Source: Macrostomum lignano (taxonomy: Eukaryota). Taken from it: a DNA stretch of 64,000 nt. The DNA lies in contig NIVC01001257.1 of the NCBI GenBank assembly GCA_002269645.1, forward strand, positions 62,001 to 126,000. The letters run 5' to 3'. The notes beneath the pieces are model-generated. The model searched no databases, was not told the DNA's origin, and saw only the letters and a program-made list of their open reading frames with translations. How positions within the stretch are numbered: the first letter of the stretch is position 1; each line of letters opens with the position of its first letter. A program made the position numbers and the translations under genes. Shown here in pieces: positions 47,991-60,699 of the stretch.

Positions 47991-50900
47991 AGTAAGCAAG
48001 CAGATATCTAGAAGCTATTAGTATGGCATGTCTATATAAAGTCTATACCAATCAAGAGATATAAGACAAATAGTCAAGAGTAGCATTTGATGCTAAGATT
48101 AAGTGTGAGCTACTAAAAACCACTACTGCTTAAAGCAGCAGGCTGGGGTTGCAAGTAGGCATTAATACCAGTGACAAGGAAAATTTTGACCTAATTGGCA
48201 ACTCTGTTGACTAGAAAGTGTCAACCTATTTGCATATTGGGAATAAGCAATAGGCTCACTTATTGTTGCTAGCTACTAAGCTATTTACTACTAGCCAATC
48301 TAGACTCTAGAAGGTTACATGTATGCTAGAAAATTCCAGTATACAAATGACCCCTTTCAAAGTTGGCATACAAATTTTGGCATACAAACAAAGTCTTGCC
48401 ATTTTTGGCATATAGATTTTGGCGTATAAACAGTCTTACCATTTTTAATGCACAAATTTTGGCGTATAAACAAAGTCTTGCCATTTTTGGCCTACAAACT
48501 CATGTTGTGGGACTCATGCATGAAAATTTTAATTTAAATTTATGTAATTTATGTAAAAAATTTCCAAGAACTATTTCAAAATGAGTTTAAAATTCTTTTC
48601 ATTTCTATTTTAAGCCTATTTTCTATTTATTTTCTAGTTTAAACTTTGCAGACATTAACTGCAAAGATGACTAAAAGAAGATGACCGAGTAACATTAATT
48701 AGTTTGGACGTAACTATTGTCTTTTGCTTTTTTTGACTTGAATGACCTTTTTTAGAAGAAATTTTGGCTTACATATTAGGGGAATTGTTACCTTTTTTGG
48801 CATACACTGGCGTACATTTAGATGAGCTAGGATTCTTGTTCCAGTGTACACTACTACACAATCTGGACCCTGGTAGCCAACTTACCCATTTGGCTACCAT
48901 GCCAGCAGATAAAATGACTTTTTAAAAATAAAAATAAAAGCATAGCTATATAGCTTGTAAAGCTAATTTTAAAAAGTTAAAGGATTTATATTATGATATC
49001 ATTTTTTGTAAGCATAATTTTGTTTATTGCATTTTTTCTAAGAAGAATAATATAAAATTTAAATTTCCATTGAGAAAAAGTTATAAGCTACTGTGGTTAC
49101 CAATATTTAAGGCAGAGTTTGCAGTTGAATATAATTGGCTGGCTGTTATGAGCCCCATCCAATGATAATAAATTAATAATGCATTTGCTATCCCTAATAC
49201 TTACTCATTATAAACAAAAAGTTAATATATGAGTATAACCCATAAATAGATGTCTGGTACTTAGAAAAAATCTATATTTTTAGATACACATATGCTTATA
49301 CTTCTAATGTAATGAGTTCTTTATCTTTATTACCACTATAAGTACTTTTTAAGATATAACTTTAAGATAAATATATATATATTTGTTTTCAATATTATAT
49401 GAATTGGTGTCGTACCTTAGTCTTAATATTCTATGGCAGACAAAATGACTACATCATATTTTTTGTAAACAAAAGAATGGCAGACAAACTGGCAATAGAC
49501 AAAATGACTGTCAACCACTATAGGTGCCTTATAGCAATAGGCCTTTGCATCAAACTAGTAATGATAAAAGCCTAGTCTATTGTTCTAGCAGCACTAAAGA
49601 GGCCAATGATGCTAGGCTTAGTGGCTGCTCTTGCTAGTCAAAGCCATTATTAGCTGGTTGAACAGCAAGGGGTCTACATTGCTAGCTATTGAATAGAGCT
49701 ATAGTGAGTTATAGCCTGCTAGCAGTTAGCCTACAGCTTGTTGGCAAGCAGTGGCTTTACAAAGTCAGTGGTCATTATGGCCATGCAATGTCTAACAATA
49801 GTTGCTAATAGAATAGCTTTCAAAAAGCAAGCATATTGGGTGGTCTCCCATCAGGGTAAGCATCTTAGCTTTTGAGCTCTGATATCTACCAATCCCTCAA
49901 GGCTAGTCATGTTGAGCCAGCAATTGGCCCTTTGCTGCCTTGACAAGTTGAAAGTGCCTTTAAGATGCTGCTTGAGTAGACCTTAGTAACCACATTTAGC
50001 AAGCATTAGAAAAGTACCTAACATAGTTGATGGTTTCAATTGAAGGTTCAAAGCACTTGTAGCTCAGTGTCATCATGAGTTGGTCAGCCTCTTATACTTG
50101 TCCTCTGCTAGAAGAGCCTCTAAGATGTCTAATAAATGGCTAAAGGAGGCATTCAACCATTTGCTAGTCAAGCACTACCACCAAGTAGTTATCTTACTTA
50201 TCTATGTTATCTATGTCTTAGTTACTTAGTTATCTTGCATGATTCTACATAGAGAAAATTGGGCTTTGGCTAGAATGAGCCATATATGAAGTTACGCTAC
50301 CCAAAGTGTAAGCAGTTTAAAAGAGATAGCTGCCTCTATGTTGAAGCCATTGTACCAATTTAGTGGTTTGCAAAACAAAATAACTTAGCAAGCAAGAAAT
50401 TAAAAAGTTTATTTACTTTATGGTGCTGAATATATACAAGCATGCACAATCATATGGGAAGGTGTACAAAAGGTGGCATGATTAAAGGCCAATGCCTCCT
50501 AACTTAGCATACTGACTTTCTGTCTAAGTATACCCATCCCTCAGCTTGGCAGGCAAGGGGTTTCAGAGCAGGTGTACTTGCAATTGGCAGCTACATGCTG
50601 ATTGAGCTATCACTCACAATGTATATTCTTTTTTAAAATATACAAGGTTTTTGGGGCAATCTTTCTATAGGCCTATCTACTTTTTTAAATTCCAAAAATT
50701 CATTTTTTCTAAACTTGACAAACTTTCTAAGCTTGACAAAAATGATTTTTCAAGTACATTGAATTAATTGTATTTTATACTAAAATAAAATAGATATATA
50801 AATTAAACTAAAAGAAAAAGCTATTTTAAAATAAATTTATTTAAATAATTGATAGCTATCCAGTTAGCATCAGTAGTAACTTAGGAAGCTTTTTTAGCTT

Positions 50901-51419
50901 TGGCTATTAAACATTTTTATCAAATTTTGATAGCAATCAGACTCCTTGTTTCACTTTTGGAAAATTGTAATTCCATTATCAAAAGCTAAAGAAATTTTAA
51001 CCCTTCGTAATTTATTTTATGCTTGACCCAGGTATATTAGAACTGAAGCTAATATTAAAAGATTCTTAAAAATCTTCTTAAAAACAGACAAAGCAGCCAA
51101 TTTAATTCCTACCATAATATCTTCCTTGGAATCGCTATTTGGCAATGAGCCATTTGACTTAAACACAGAATATGGATCTTTGATAAATGCCTAAAAAACA
51201 AAAAAGTAAAAGTAAAAACAATGTCGAACTTTTATCAGTAATTTGCCGATTCTGTACTACTTATATCTGGTCCGAAAAGTAGCACATTGAGTAAATTTGT
51301 GAAGCGACTGATCTATGCTTAAATCGAAGTGATCAGTATAAACAAGCTCAATATTTTAGTTGGTAATCTGTCAAAGATTTATAGTAATAGTTATAGCTAA
51401 ATTTAAACACTTTCAGTGC

Positions 51420-54400
51420 ATGGCAGCCTTAAACCCAGGCTCCTTAAGCCATGCGGCCGGGTCGAATAAAGAGAAAAATTGCAAAGCTGGTCGGAGCAAA
51501 GCTGAGCTGTCCAGCTCTACGCTCAGCTTGCGCGGCCTCCGTCTCACCCAGCTGCCACCGCTGCCGCGGCTGCACTGCTTAGTTCGCTTGGACCTCTCTC
51601 ACAATCGCCTGGCTGACCTGCCCGACAGCTGGCCAGCTGATGCGCCCGGCCAGTCATTGCCTTTGCTTCAGGTGAGGCCTTTTAAGTCCTTTTAAGACCT
51701 AATGGGTCTCCACGCACACCCTCAATTACTACAGCTAATGCTGGCACCCAATTTACAGCTGGGTGAACTGAAGCAATGCAGATTTAAATATCTTGCTCAA
51801 GGACACAAATTGTTCCGAGTGGGTCCAGAATCGAACCCCCGACTTTTCAATCGTGAATCCGACGCTCTGACCGTTAGGCTACCAGCCCTTTGGGCTACAA
51901 CCCCTTTAGAAACCCCTTAAGAACCCTAGCCCATGACCCACTCCGTTGAAAACGTTACTGTGACAAGAATCGCTAAAGGTTGAAAATTGACTCTGACTTT
52001 GACAACCTCTTGTCGTTTTAGAGTCGTCTAGAGTCCCATAATTATTTCCTATTTTACCTGTGTTACCTGATTAGGCAAACATTGCCATTAAAATCGCATG
52101 CGCTTTACATACTACTTGCACCATCAAACCAAACAGGAGCTGCTGGTCTCTCACAATCGCCTCAACCGGGTCCCGGCCTGGTTCGCGGCTCTCGACGGCC
52201 TTCGTTTGCTGGACCTGTCGCACAATCGGTTGCGCAGGTATCCCCGTGAACTGCTTCGGCTGCCTCGCTTATCCCGCCTCTTATTAAACGGCAATCCTAT
52301 TATTAACCTTAGTAGCGAAAGTCGCGGGTTCGATTCCGCTTGTTCGAGACGGCCGCTTACGGACAGGCAGCAGCAGCAAATTGGTCAGGACTATTCTACA
52401 TCCTACCAAGATTGCTTAGCAACGACTTCCGGCCAGACGGTTGGGCAAGGTATTCGACTAGGCACTAATCCTGAGTCGCTAATTCCTAAAGTAGACTCAA
52501 AGAAGTTCAGGCTGAAAAATAGACCGCAAGCTAATGTGTCTACAGCATCAAAAACAGCTTTCCCTGCAATGCGCACATCTTCCGGTGCAGCACTTAAAGC
52601 TTCTATTGCAGCATCTTCAACTTCCGGTGTAACATCTACAACTTCCGGTGTAGCATCTACAATTTCCGGTGTAACATCTACAACTTCCGGTGTAACATCT
52701 ACAACTTCCGGTGTAACATCTAAGGTTTACAGTGTATCATCTATAGCTTCCGGTGCCGGTAGAGAATGTACAACTTCCGGTACAGCATCTACAACTTCCG
52801 GTGTAGCATCTACGACTTCCGGTGTAGCATATACAACTTCCGGTGTAGCATGTACGACTTCCGGTACAGCATCTACGACTTCCGATGTAGCATCTAGAAC
52901 TTCCAGTGTAGCATCTACAACTTCCGGTGTAGCATCTTCGACTTCCGGTGCAGCTTTAAGCGCGTCGAATTCATCTAACCGTCCCCCCAGACTGCGCGAT
53001 CTTCTGTCGCCAAGTTGTCCGGCAGTCGGGCTGCTCAACCGGGTCGAATCCTCTAGCGCAGCCGAGATCGACTGGCAGACGCAGCAAACAGCCAAGGCGG
53101 ATTCAGACAGCAGCCTTGTTGTTGTCGGCTTGCTGGCGGCCCTACTGCCGCGGCCGTCAGAGGTCAGCAGCGACGCCCTGCGCCTCCTGCCGGACAAATT
53201 GGCGCCAAAATTGCGCCCCGCCGCCGACTTGACGCTTGCATCGCCGCCAGCGCGTCTGTTGGCGCCGGCTTTGGCGCTTCAGCTGCCGCTTGGCGTGGCT
53301 GCGCGTCGCAGGCGCGACTACGTTGTGTGCATCGGGCACATCGCCGATGCCGCAGTCGAGTCCTCCGGTTCGATCAGATGGCGACCGCTGGATTCCGAGT
53401 TTGTTCGAGTTCGGGTTGCTGACGGAGGCCTTCGAGTTACCGTTTCTGCTGCAGACTCGGGGTAAACCGTGTTACTCTGCTAGCAATATCCGCCCCTTCA
53501 CGCACCCTGATCCACCCCATCCACCAAGATCCGCCCCCTCACCCCACACTGATCCGCCCTCACTCCACACTGATCCGCCCTCCTAACTCATCACGATCCG
53601 CCCCTTCACTCATGATCCGCCCCCTCACTCATCATAATCCGCCCCTCACTTATGATCCGCACCACCTTCACTCAAGATCCACCCCCTCACTCATCAAGAT
53701 CCACCCCCTCACTCATCAAGATCCGCCCCCCCTCTCACAAGATCCACAGGGTCACTTATCAAGATCCGCCCCCTCACTCATTAAGATGGGCCCCCTCACT
53801 CATTAAGATCCGCCCCCTCACTCATTAAGATCCGCCCCCCTCACAAGATCCACCCCCTCACTTATCAAGATCCGCCCCCCTCACAAGATCCACCCCTCAC
53901 TTATCAAGATCCGCCCCCCCCTCACAAGATCCACCCCCTCACTTACCAAGATCCGCCCCCTCACAAGATCCACCCCTCACTTATTAAGATCCGCCCCCCT
54001 CACAAGATCCACCCCCTCACTTACCAAGATCCGCCCCCCCCTCAAGATCCACCCCCTCACTTACCAAGATCCGCCCCCCTCACAAGATCCACCCCCTCTC
54101 TTATCAAGATCCGCCCCCCCCTCACTCATCAAGATCCGCCCCTCAGTCATCATGATCCGCCTCCTCACTCATCAAGATCCGCCACCTCAGTCATCATGAT
54201 CCGCCCCCTCAGTCATCATGATCCGCCCCTCACTCATCATGATCTGCCCCCTCACTTACCAAGATCCGCCCCCCCTCACAAGATCCACTCCTCACTTATC
54301 AAGATCCGCCCCCCTCACAAGATCCGCCCCTCAGTCATCATGATTCGCCCCCTCACTCATCAAGATCCGCCACCTCAGTCATCATGATCCGCCCCCTCAC

Positions 54401-56859
54401 TCATCAAGATCCGCCACCTCAGTCATCATGATCCGCCCCCTCACTCATCAAGATCCGCCACCTCAGTCATCATGATCCGCCCCTCACTCATCATGATCTG
54501 CCCCCTCACTCATCGTGATCCGCCACCCACACTAATCCACCGCTAACACCCGCTAGACTTGATTTGTGCATTTTTTAATACAAATTGTACTTTATTTTTA
54601 TCCACTCACGCCATTCAGCCGTCTTCTCGCTCCCGCCGCCTACTGCGCCTTGGCCGTCGCTTCCGCTCCGGAGGCCGCCGTGCTGTTGTCGCCAGACAGC
54701 TCCGTCCAAGCCGTCCTGTCCGACGTTCCCGGCCAGCCGAGGTTGGAATTCCCGGCCGGCTGCGTCCAGTGGACGGCCGAGTCGCCTTGCCGAGCCGTGC
54801 TGCGCTGCCCGCTGTACGCTAAGGATAGCACTGCGAAAGAAGAAGCTGAAGCATTCGAACTGGCCGCTCCGATTGTTGAATGCCTGCCTCATCAGCTCGC
54901 ATTTTGCCGGCCAGTGACCCTCTGCTTGCCTTTGCCGCACTGCTCCGAGCTGTTTGAACGGTTCGGACTGAGACCGGAGACCGACTTGTCTCTGTGGCAT
55001 AGCGATACTACTGGTGAGTAGCAGTACTAGAGTGTCAGATTCTAATTCCCCTTGCCAGATTCCCCCAGGTTCTAATTCCCCTTCCCAGATTCCCCAGGTT
55101 CTAATTCCCCTATCCCAGATTCCCCAGATTCTAATTCCCCTATCTCAGATCCCCCAGATTCTAATTCCCCTATCCCAGATCCCCCAGATTCTAATTCCCC
55201 TATCTCAGATCCCCCAGATTCTAATTCCCCTATCCCAGATCCCCCAGATTCTAATTCCCCTATCCCAGATCCTCCAGATTCTAATTCCCCTATCCCAGAT
55301 CCCTCCAGATTCAAATTCCCCTTCCCAGGTTCTAATTCCCCTTTCAGCTTCCCCAGATTCCCTCTGTTAGACCCTCCAGATCTCCAAGATTCTAATTCCC
55401 TTTCCAGATCCCCCAGATTCTAATTCCCCTATCTCAGAACCCCAGATTCTAATTGCCCTTCCCAGATTCCTTAGAATCTAATTCCCCTTCCCGGATTCCC
55501 ATATTCTAATTCCCATTCACCTCCCAGATCTCTTAAACTCTACCTCTCCTAATGCTCCCTCCTTATCCCCAAGGCTCCGAGCCGCCCGTCTGGCACCGTC
55601 TCGACGCGCCGTTCTCCGTCGTTAAGTCGTCCGCTGGCAATGCGGATGTTTCTCTGGAGCTTCGCGTCCAGCTAACTCGGTTCTGCCTGATCCGCGCCGT
55701 CTGGTCCCGCCTTGCTGGCGCCATTCGGCGCGCCAAACTCGGCGCCGCGGCAGTTTATCCTAGCGCCGCCACCGCAGCAGCAGCCGGCGCCTACAGAATG
55801 CGCTGCGCCGTCTACGCGCAGCCGGCCGCTGGCGCCGGGTTCACCCTGGAGGTGCTGCTGCACCGGGCTGACAGACCGGCTCCAAATGCCGTCGGCGGCC
55901 GCGTCTGCGTCGGCGCCGCCTTGCTGGACCGGCCAGTGCCGCCTGGCCGGATTTGCGTCCGCCTGCTGTCCGAGCAGTTCGAGGCCGACCCCGGGGCTGG
56001 GGAGGCGCCGCAGTTGGCCAAAACTGAGACCGACTTTTCCGGCCAAGCCTTCGACAAAGTGTTCGCCTGTCGGTACCGACGGCTGGGCAAAACTTCCGAC
56101 GGCGGCAGCGGTGGCGGCGGAGTTTTTGGCCGCGTCCTCGTGGAAGGCGACTCCGCTAGCGAGCCGCTGTTCGACTTGACTCTGGCGCGGCCGCCCCCGG
56201 CTGCACGGCCGACGGCATCGCGCAAGCGGGCCCGCCGGCGCCACTGCTGCTGCGACAAGCGGCGACGACAGCAGAGGCGGCGCATCCGCCTGGCTCGCCG
56301 GTGCTGCTGCTTTGGCGACGTTGACGACGATGACGACGACGAGGACAATGATGTGTCGACATCGACAGCGTCGACAACGACGAGCGCTACGACCTCGTCG
56401 GCTACGGAGAAGCTGGCGCCGTCTGGGAAGCGACGTTGCCGCCGTGACGAGGCGATTGTTGAGGGAAGCGACGGAGGCGGCGGAGCCGCTGTTCCGCCGG
56501 CCGCCGACGCCTCGGCGAGTCGCCGTCTCCGCCGTCCGCCTCCGCCGCCTTCTTCTCCGTGCCCTGACGAGCCCGACGAGTTTGCGATGTGGGAGGCAGC
56601 TGAGCCGGCTTCAACCCGGTGGCGCGTTCTCGCCCGCGCCCTGCGACTTTCCAGCGCCGAGGTTGCGCGAGTCGAATCGCGCTGGGGCCACGACGCTCGC
56701 GAGGCCGCTTTTCAGTGCCTGCTGCGCTGGTTCGAATCTTCGGAGCAGCCAACGTGTGGTGCGGCCGGAGCTGCGCTTATCAAAGCCGGCCTGCGCGTTG
56801 CTGCCAGGCGCCTGTGCGTTGCGCATCGCGGCGCCGAGGCTCCGCAGTGGAACTGTTAG
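51420..56859 (+). CDS. PIDD1-like protein: LRR + Ser/Thr linker + 2 ZU5 + UPA + death domain, 4 exons
   Basis: Exons 51420-51671, 52137-53461, 54619-55013 and 55574-56859; phases 0/2/1 are consistent. LRRs (LVRLDLSHNRLADLP, LRLLDLSHNRL). ZU5-like segments (LEFPAGC..APIVECLPHQLAFCRPVTLCLPLP). C-terminal death-domain pattern (WRVLARALRLSSAEVARVE..EAAFQCLLRW). This domain order is that of PIDD1, but orthology is not established. Confidence 0.8.
51712..51890 (-). mobile_element. tRNA-derived SINE, copy 2, in PIDD-like intron 1
   Basis: Reverse complement gggctggTAGCCTAACGGtcagagcg...GGTTCGATTCtgg...aacaatttgtgtccttgagcaagatatttaaatctgcattgcttcagttcacccagctgtaaa. Same family as 35194. Confidence 0.85.
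52590..52955 (+). repeat. 21-bp in-frame coding repeat (TTSGVAS)n within PIDD-like exon 2
   Basis: acaacttccggtgtagcatct units; the frame stays open throughout. Confidence 0.8.
53490..54540. repeat. C-rich compound minisatellite, PIDD-like intron 2
   Basis: Recurring ctcactcatcaagatccgcccc / ctcacaagatccacccc units of about 20-45 bp. Confidence 0.9.
55035..55520. repeat. 30-bp minisatellite, PIDD-like intron 3
   Basis: cagattctaattcccctatcccagatcccc units. Confidence 0.9.
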
Positions 56860-57809
56860 CAGAGTTTTCAAAGGTCATTTCAGGTCAACAGCTTTACGTT
56901 CGTATGGTTCATTGAAAATCTTAGGGGTCATTTAAGGTCAACTACTCTCAAAGGTCATTTAAGGTTGACTATTTTAGGGGTCATTTAAGGTCAACTGCTT
57001 TTAAAGATCATTTAAGGTCAACTACTTTTAAGGGTCATTTAAGGTCAGTCAAGTTTGGTGATCACTCAGTGTCTAATACATTGACGACCAAATTTTAATA
57101 AAGTCATCTTCTGTGAGCTATTTAATGTTATGCACTTATAAAGATCATTTAAGGTCAGCAACTTTGGCAGCTTCTATCAAGTTTTGTGTTTTCACTTTTT
57201 CTTTTAGTAAATATTTTAACTTTTTCGAGTCAATTTTTTTGATTTTCCATTTCTATACTAGCTAGTACAGGTTGGCCATTAATACGGTCTGTTTTGCATG
57301 CATGCTGCATTATTATTAAAGATTCCAATATTGTTATACTTTTTAGACTCTGTACATACAGCTGAGCAGTGGCCGCTTACACTGATTTCCTGTTTACACT
57401 ACTTAGCCAATTTCGATCGGTGCTGCATCTTTTTGTTTCTACGCAAGTTTTTGAAGCAAACATGCCTACTGTTAGTAATCAAATCATGACACACCACGTT
57501 ATTAAATATTGGTTAATTTTTTCAAGCCTTCAACTGTATCTACATATTTGGTCGGTAGCTCAATAAACCGTATTTAATGATTGCAAATACAATTGTACCA
57601 GCGCATTGCCTTTACACTATCATTATTGAATTTCAAATATTAATTTTAGGTTGTTGGTTGTCTTTTATTTCGTTTTCCATCCTGCCAGCGTTTGTATAGG
57701 GAATAGGCGATTGTTTTTTGGGCCAGAAAAGTCACCCTGCCTCCGGCCAGTGCGCAACCTCTGGCCTTGCTTCATCACCATGTAGCTTTTTATAAAACAC
57801 ATCTGGAGT

Positions 57810-58402
57810 GCAACTGCCCAGCAACTGAGGATCTGGGAGACTGGCCCGGCAACTGAGGATCTGGGAGGCTGGCCCGGCAACTGAGGATCTGGGAGGCTGG
57901 CCCGGCAACTGAGGATCGGGGAGGCTGGCCCAGCAACTGAGGATCTGGGAGGCTGGCCCAGCAACTGAGGATCTGGGAGGCTGGCCCGGCAACTGAGGAT
58001 CGGGGAGGCTGGCCCAGCAACTGAGGATCTGAGAGGCTGGCCCGGCAACTGAGGATCTGGGAGGCTGGCCCGGCAACTGAGGATCTGGGAGGCTGGCCCG
58101 GCAACTGACACTCTGGGAGGCTGGCCCAGCAACTGACACTCTGGGAGGCTGGCCCAGCAACTGACACTCTGGGAGGCTGGCCCAGCAACTGACACTCTGG
58201 GAGGCTGGCCCAGCAACTGACACTCTGGGAGGCTGGCCCAGCAACTGACACTCTGGGAGGCTGGCCCAGAAACTGAGGATTTGGGAGGCTGGCCCAGCAA
58301 CTGAGGATCTGGGAGGCTGGCCCAGCAACTGAGGATCTGGGAGGCTGGCCCAGCAACTGAGGATCTGGGAGGCTGGCCCAGCAACTGAGGATCTGGGAGG
58401 CT
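57810..58402. repeat. 28-bp minisatellite
   Basis: gcaactgaggatctgggaggctggccc(a/g), about 21 copies, with a sub-block of gacactct variants at 58105-58260. Confidence 0.95.
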
Positions 58403-58924
58403 GTTTTTACCGTAGTTACAATACCACAATTATGTCAGTCGCGTCACAACTGCATTATTTTGGGAGGAACTTGTGAAACACTTACACCGCACGTTGTCCT
58501 CCAAATGCCGTCGAGTGGCTCTTTAGCTGCGGAAAAAGATGAAAGAGACCAGACCAGGTTTGTGAATTTCCAATCCAGATTCCTGTAGTTTAGAAGTCCA
58601 TGCCGGGACAGGATAACGAACGCCCTTGTATATCTTCTCTATTTGTCGGCTTGCCATTGCCGCGCATTGTGCGTTGACTCAGCGAAGGTGTCATAAATTT
58701 CAAAGAATATTCGTTCTTTCGCTTTTTCTGCCAGCTGTCCCCCAGGGGCAGAGGAAGTGGTTAGCGAGGAAATGCCTGGAGTTGGCGGCAGGTTTGCCAG
58801 GCGAACTGCACATCATTATATACATGTACTGGCTGCAGTTGCTGACAGCACTTTTTTGAAAGATTTTGTTTTTTGAAACTTATACATCGGCGTTAAAGAT
58901 TCTGTAATACTTTCTTGGCTCCAG

Positions 58925-60405
58925 ACAATTGAGATTAGCGACAGGCAACTGGGATTAACGACAGGCAACTGGGATTAGCGACAGGCAACTGGGATTAGCG
59001 ACAGGCAACTGGGATTAGCGACAGGCAACTGGGATTGGCGACAGGCAACTGGGATTCGCGACAGGCAACTGGGATTAGCGACAGGCAACTGGGATTAGCG
59101 ACAGGCAACTGGGATTAGCGACAGGCAACTGGGATTAGCGACAGGCAACTGGGATTAGCGACAGGCAACTGGGATTAGCGACAGGCAACTGGGATTAGCG
59201 ACAGGCAACTGGGATTAGCGACAGGCAACTGGGATTAGCGACAGGCAACTGGGATTCGCGACAGGCAACTGGGATTAGCGACAGGCAACTGGGATTAGCG
59301 ACAGGCAACTGAGATTAGCGACAGGCAACTGGGATTAGCGACAGGCAACTGGGATTAGCGACAGGCCACTGGGATTGGCGACAGGCAACTGGGATTAGCA
59401 ACAGGCAATTGGGATTAGCGCTACGAAATAGAGATTAGTGCCCGGCAATAGATATTGGCGCCACAGAATAGAGAAGAGCGCAAGGCAATAGATATTGGCG
59501 CCATAGAATAGAGAAGAGCGCAAGGCAATAGATTTTGGCGCCAAAGAATAGAGAAGAGCGCAAGGCAATAGATATTGGCGCCAAAGAATAAAGAAGAGCG
59601 CCAGGCAATAGATATTGGCGCCATAGAATAGAGAAGAGCGCAAGGCAATAGATATTGGCGCCACAGAATAGAGAAGAGCGCAAGGCAATAGATTTAGGCG
59701 CCACAGAATAGAGATAAGCGCAAGGCAATAGATATTGGCGCCATAGAATAGAGAAGAGCGCAAGGCAATAGATTTTGGCGCCAAAGAATAGAGAAGAGCG
59801 CAAGGCAATAGATATTGGCGCCAAAGAATAAAGAAGAGCGCCAGGCAATAGATATTGGCGCCATAGAATAGAGAAGAGCGCAAGGCAATAGATATTGGCG
59901 CCACAGAATAGAGAAGAGCGCAAGGCAATAGATTTAGGCGCCACAGAATAGAGATAAGCGCAAGGCAATAGATATTGGCGCCAAAGAATAGAGAAGAGCG
60001 CAAGGCAATAGATATTGGCGCCAAAGAATAGAGAAGAGCGCAAGGCAATAGATATTGGCGCCATAGAATAGAGAAGAGCGCAAGGCAATAGATATTGGCG
60101 CCAAAGAATAGAGAAGAGCGCAAGGCAATAGATATTGGCGCCAAAGAATAGAGAAGAGCGCAAGGCAATAGATATTGGCGCCAAAGAATAGAGAAGAGCG
60201 CAAGGCAATAGATTTAGGCGCCACAGAATAGAGAAGAACGCAAGGCAATAGATTTAGGCGCCACAGAATAGAGATAAGCGCAAGGCAATAGATTTAGGCG
60301 CCACAGAATAGAGAAGAGCGCAAGGCAATAGATATTTGCGCCACAGAATAGAGATAAGCGCAAGGCAATAGATATTGGCGCCAAAGAATAGAGATAAGCG
60401 CCAGA
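58925..60405. repeat. Adjacent 20-bp (58925-59420) and 40-bp (59440-60405) minisatellites
   Basis: gcgacaggcaactgggatta, about 24 copies, then aggcaatagatattggcgccaaagaatagagaagagcgca, about 24 copies. Confidence 0.96.
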
Positions 60406-60699
60406 TCAAACGAGAATTATTTGATTCGGAAACAAGGACCATTAGAAGTTACCGTTGTTGTTCTCGATAGTCTCGTTCTTGGTCTTCTTGTGTATAGATC
60501 TTGTTCTGCTAGTTCTAGTTCTAGGTGGTCCTTTTTGGGAAACAAAACAGAGAGGCTTGCTTGAGGAACTCGGGTTTTTCCCGGAGGAAACTGAAATGAC
60601 GCAAAATTGTAAAACTGTGAAACAGACCTCAGACCCGCTCCGAAAACTGTATGCAATACAGATTTCTGGCGCGCTACGAGTTCCCACAGCGAGGATGCC

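Noticed and set aside
46519-48011. Multiple overlapping ORFs in the RTE element, and likewise 54559-56935 and 62955-63479
   Set aside because: They are shadow ORFs caused by high GC; only one frame in each region has family motifs.
1-60405. CRISPR-like appearance of 25-40-bp repeats
   Set aside because: Units are head-to-tail with no unique spacers, there are no cas genes, and the context is eukaryotic.
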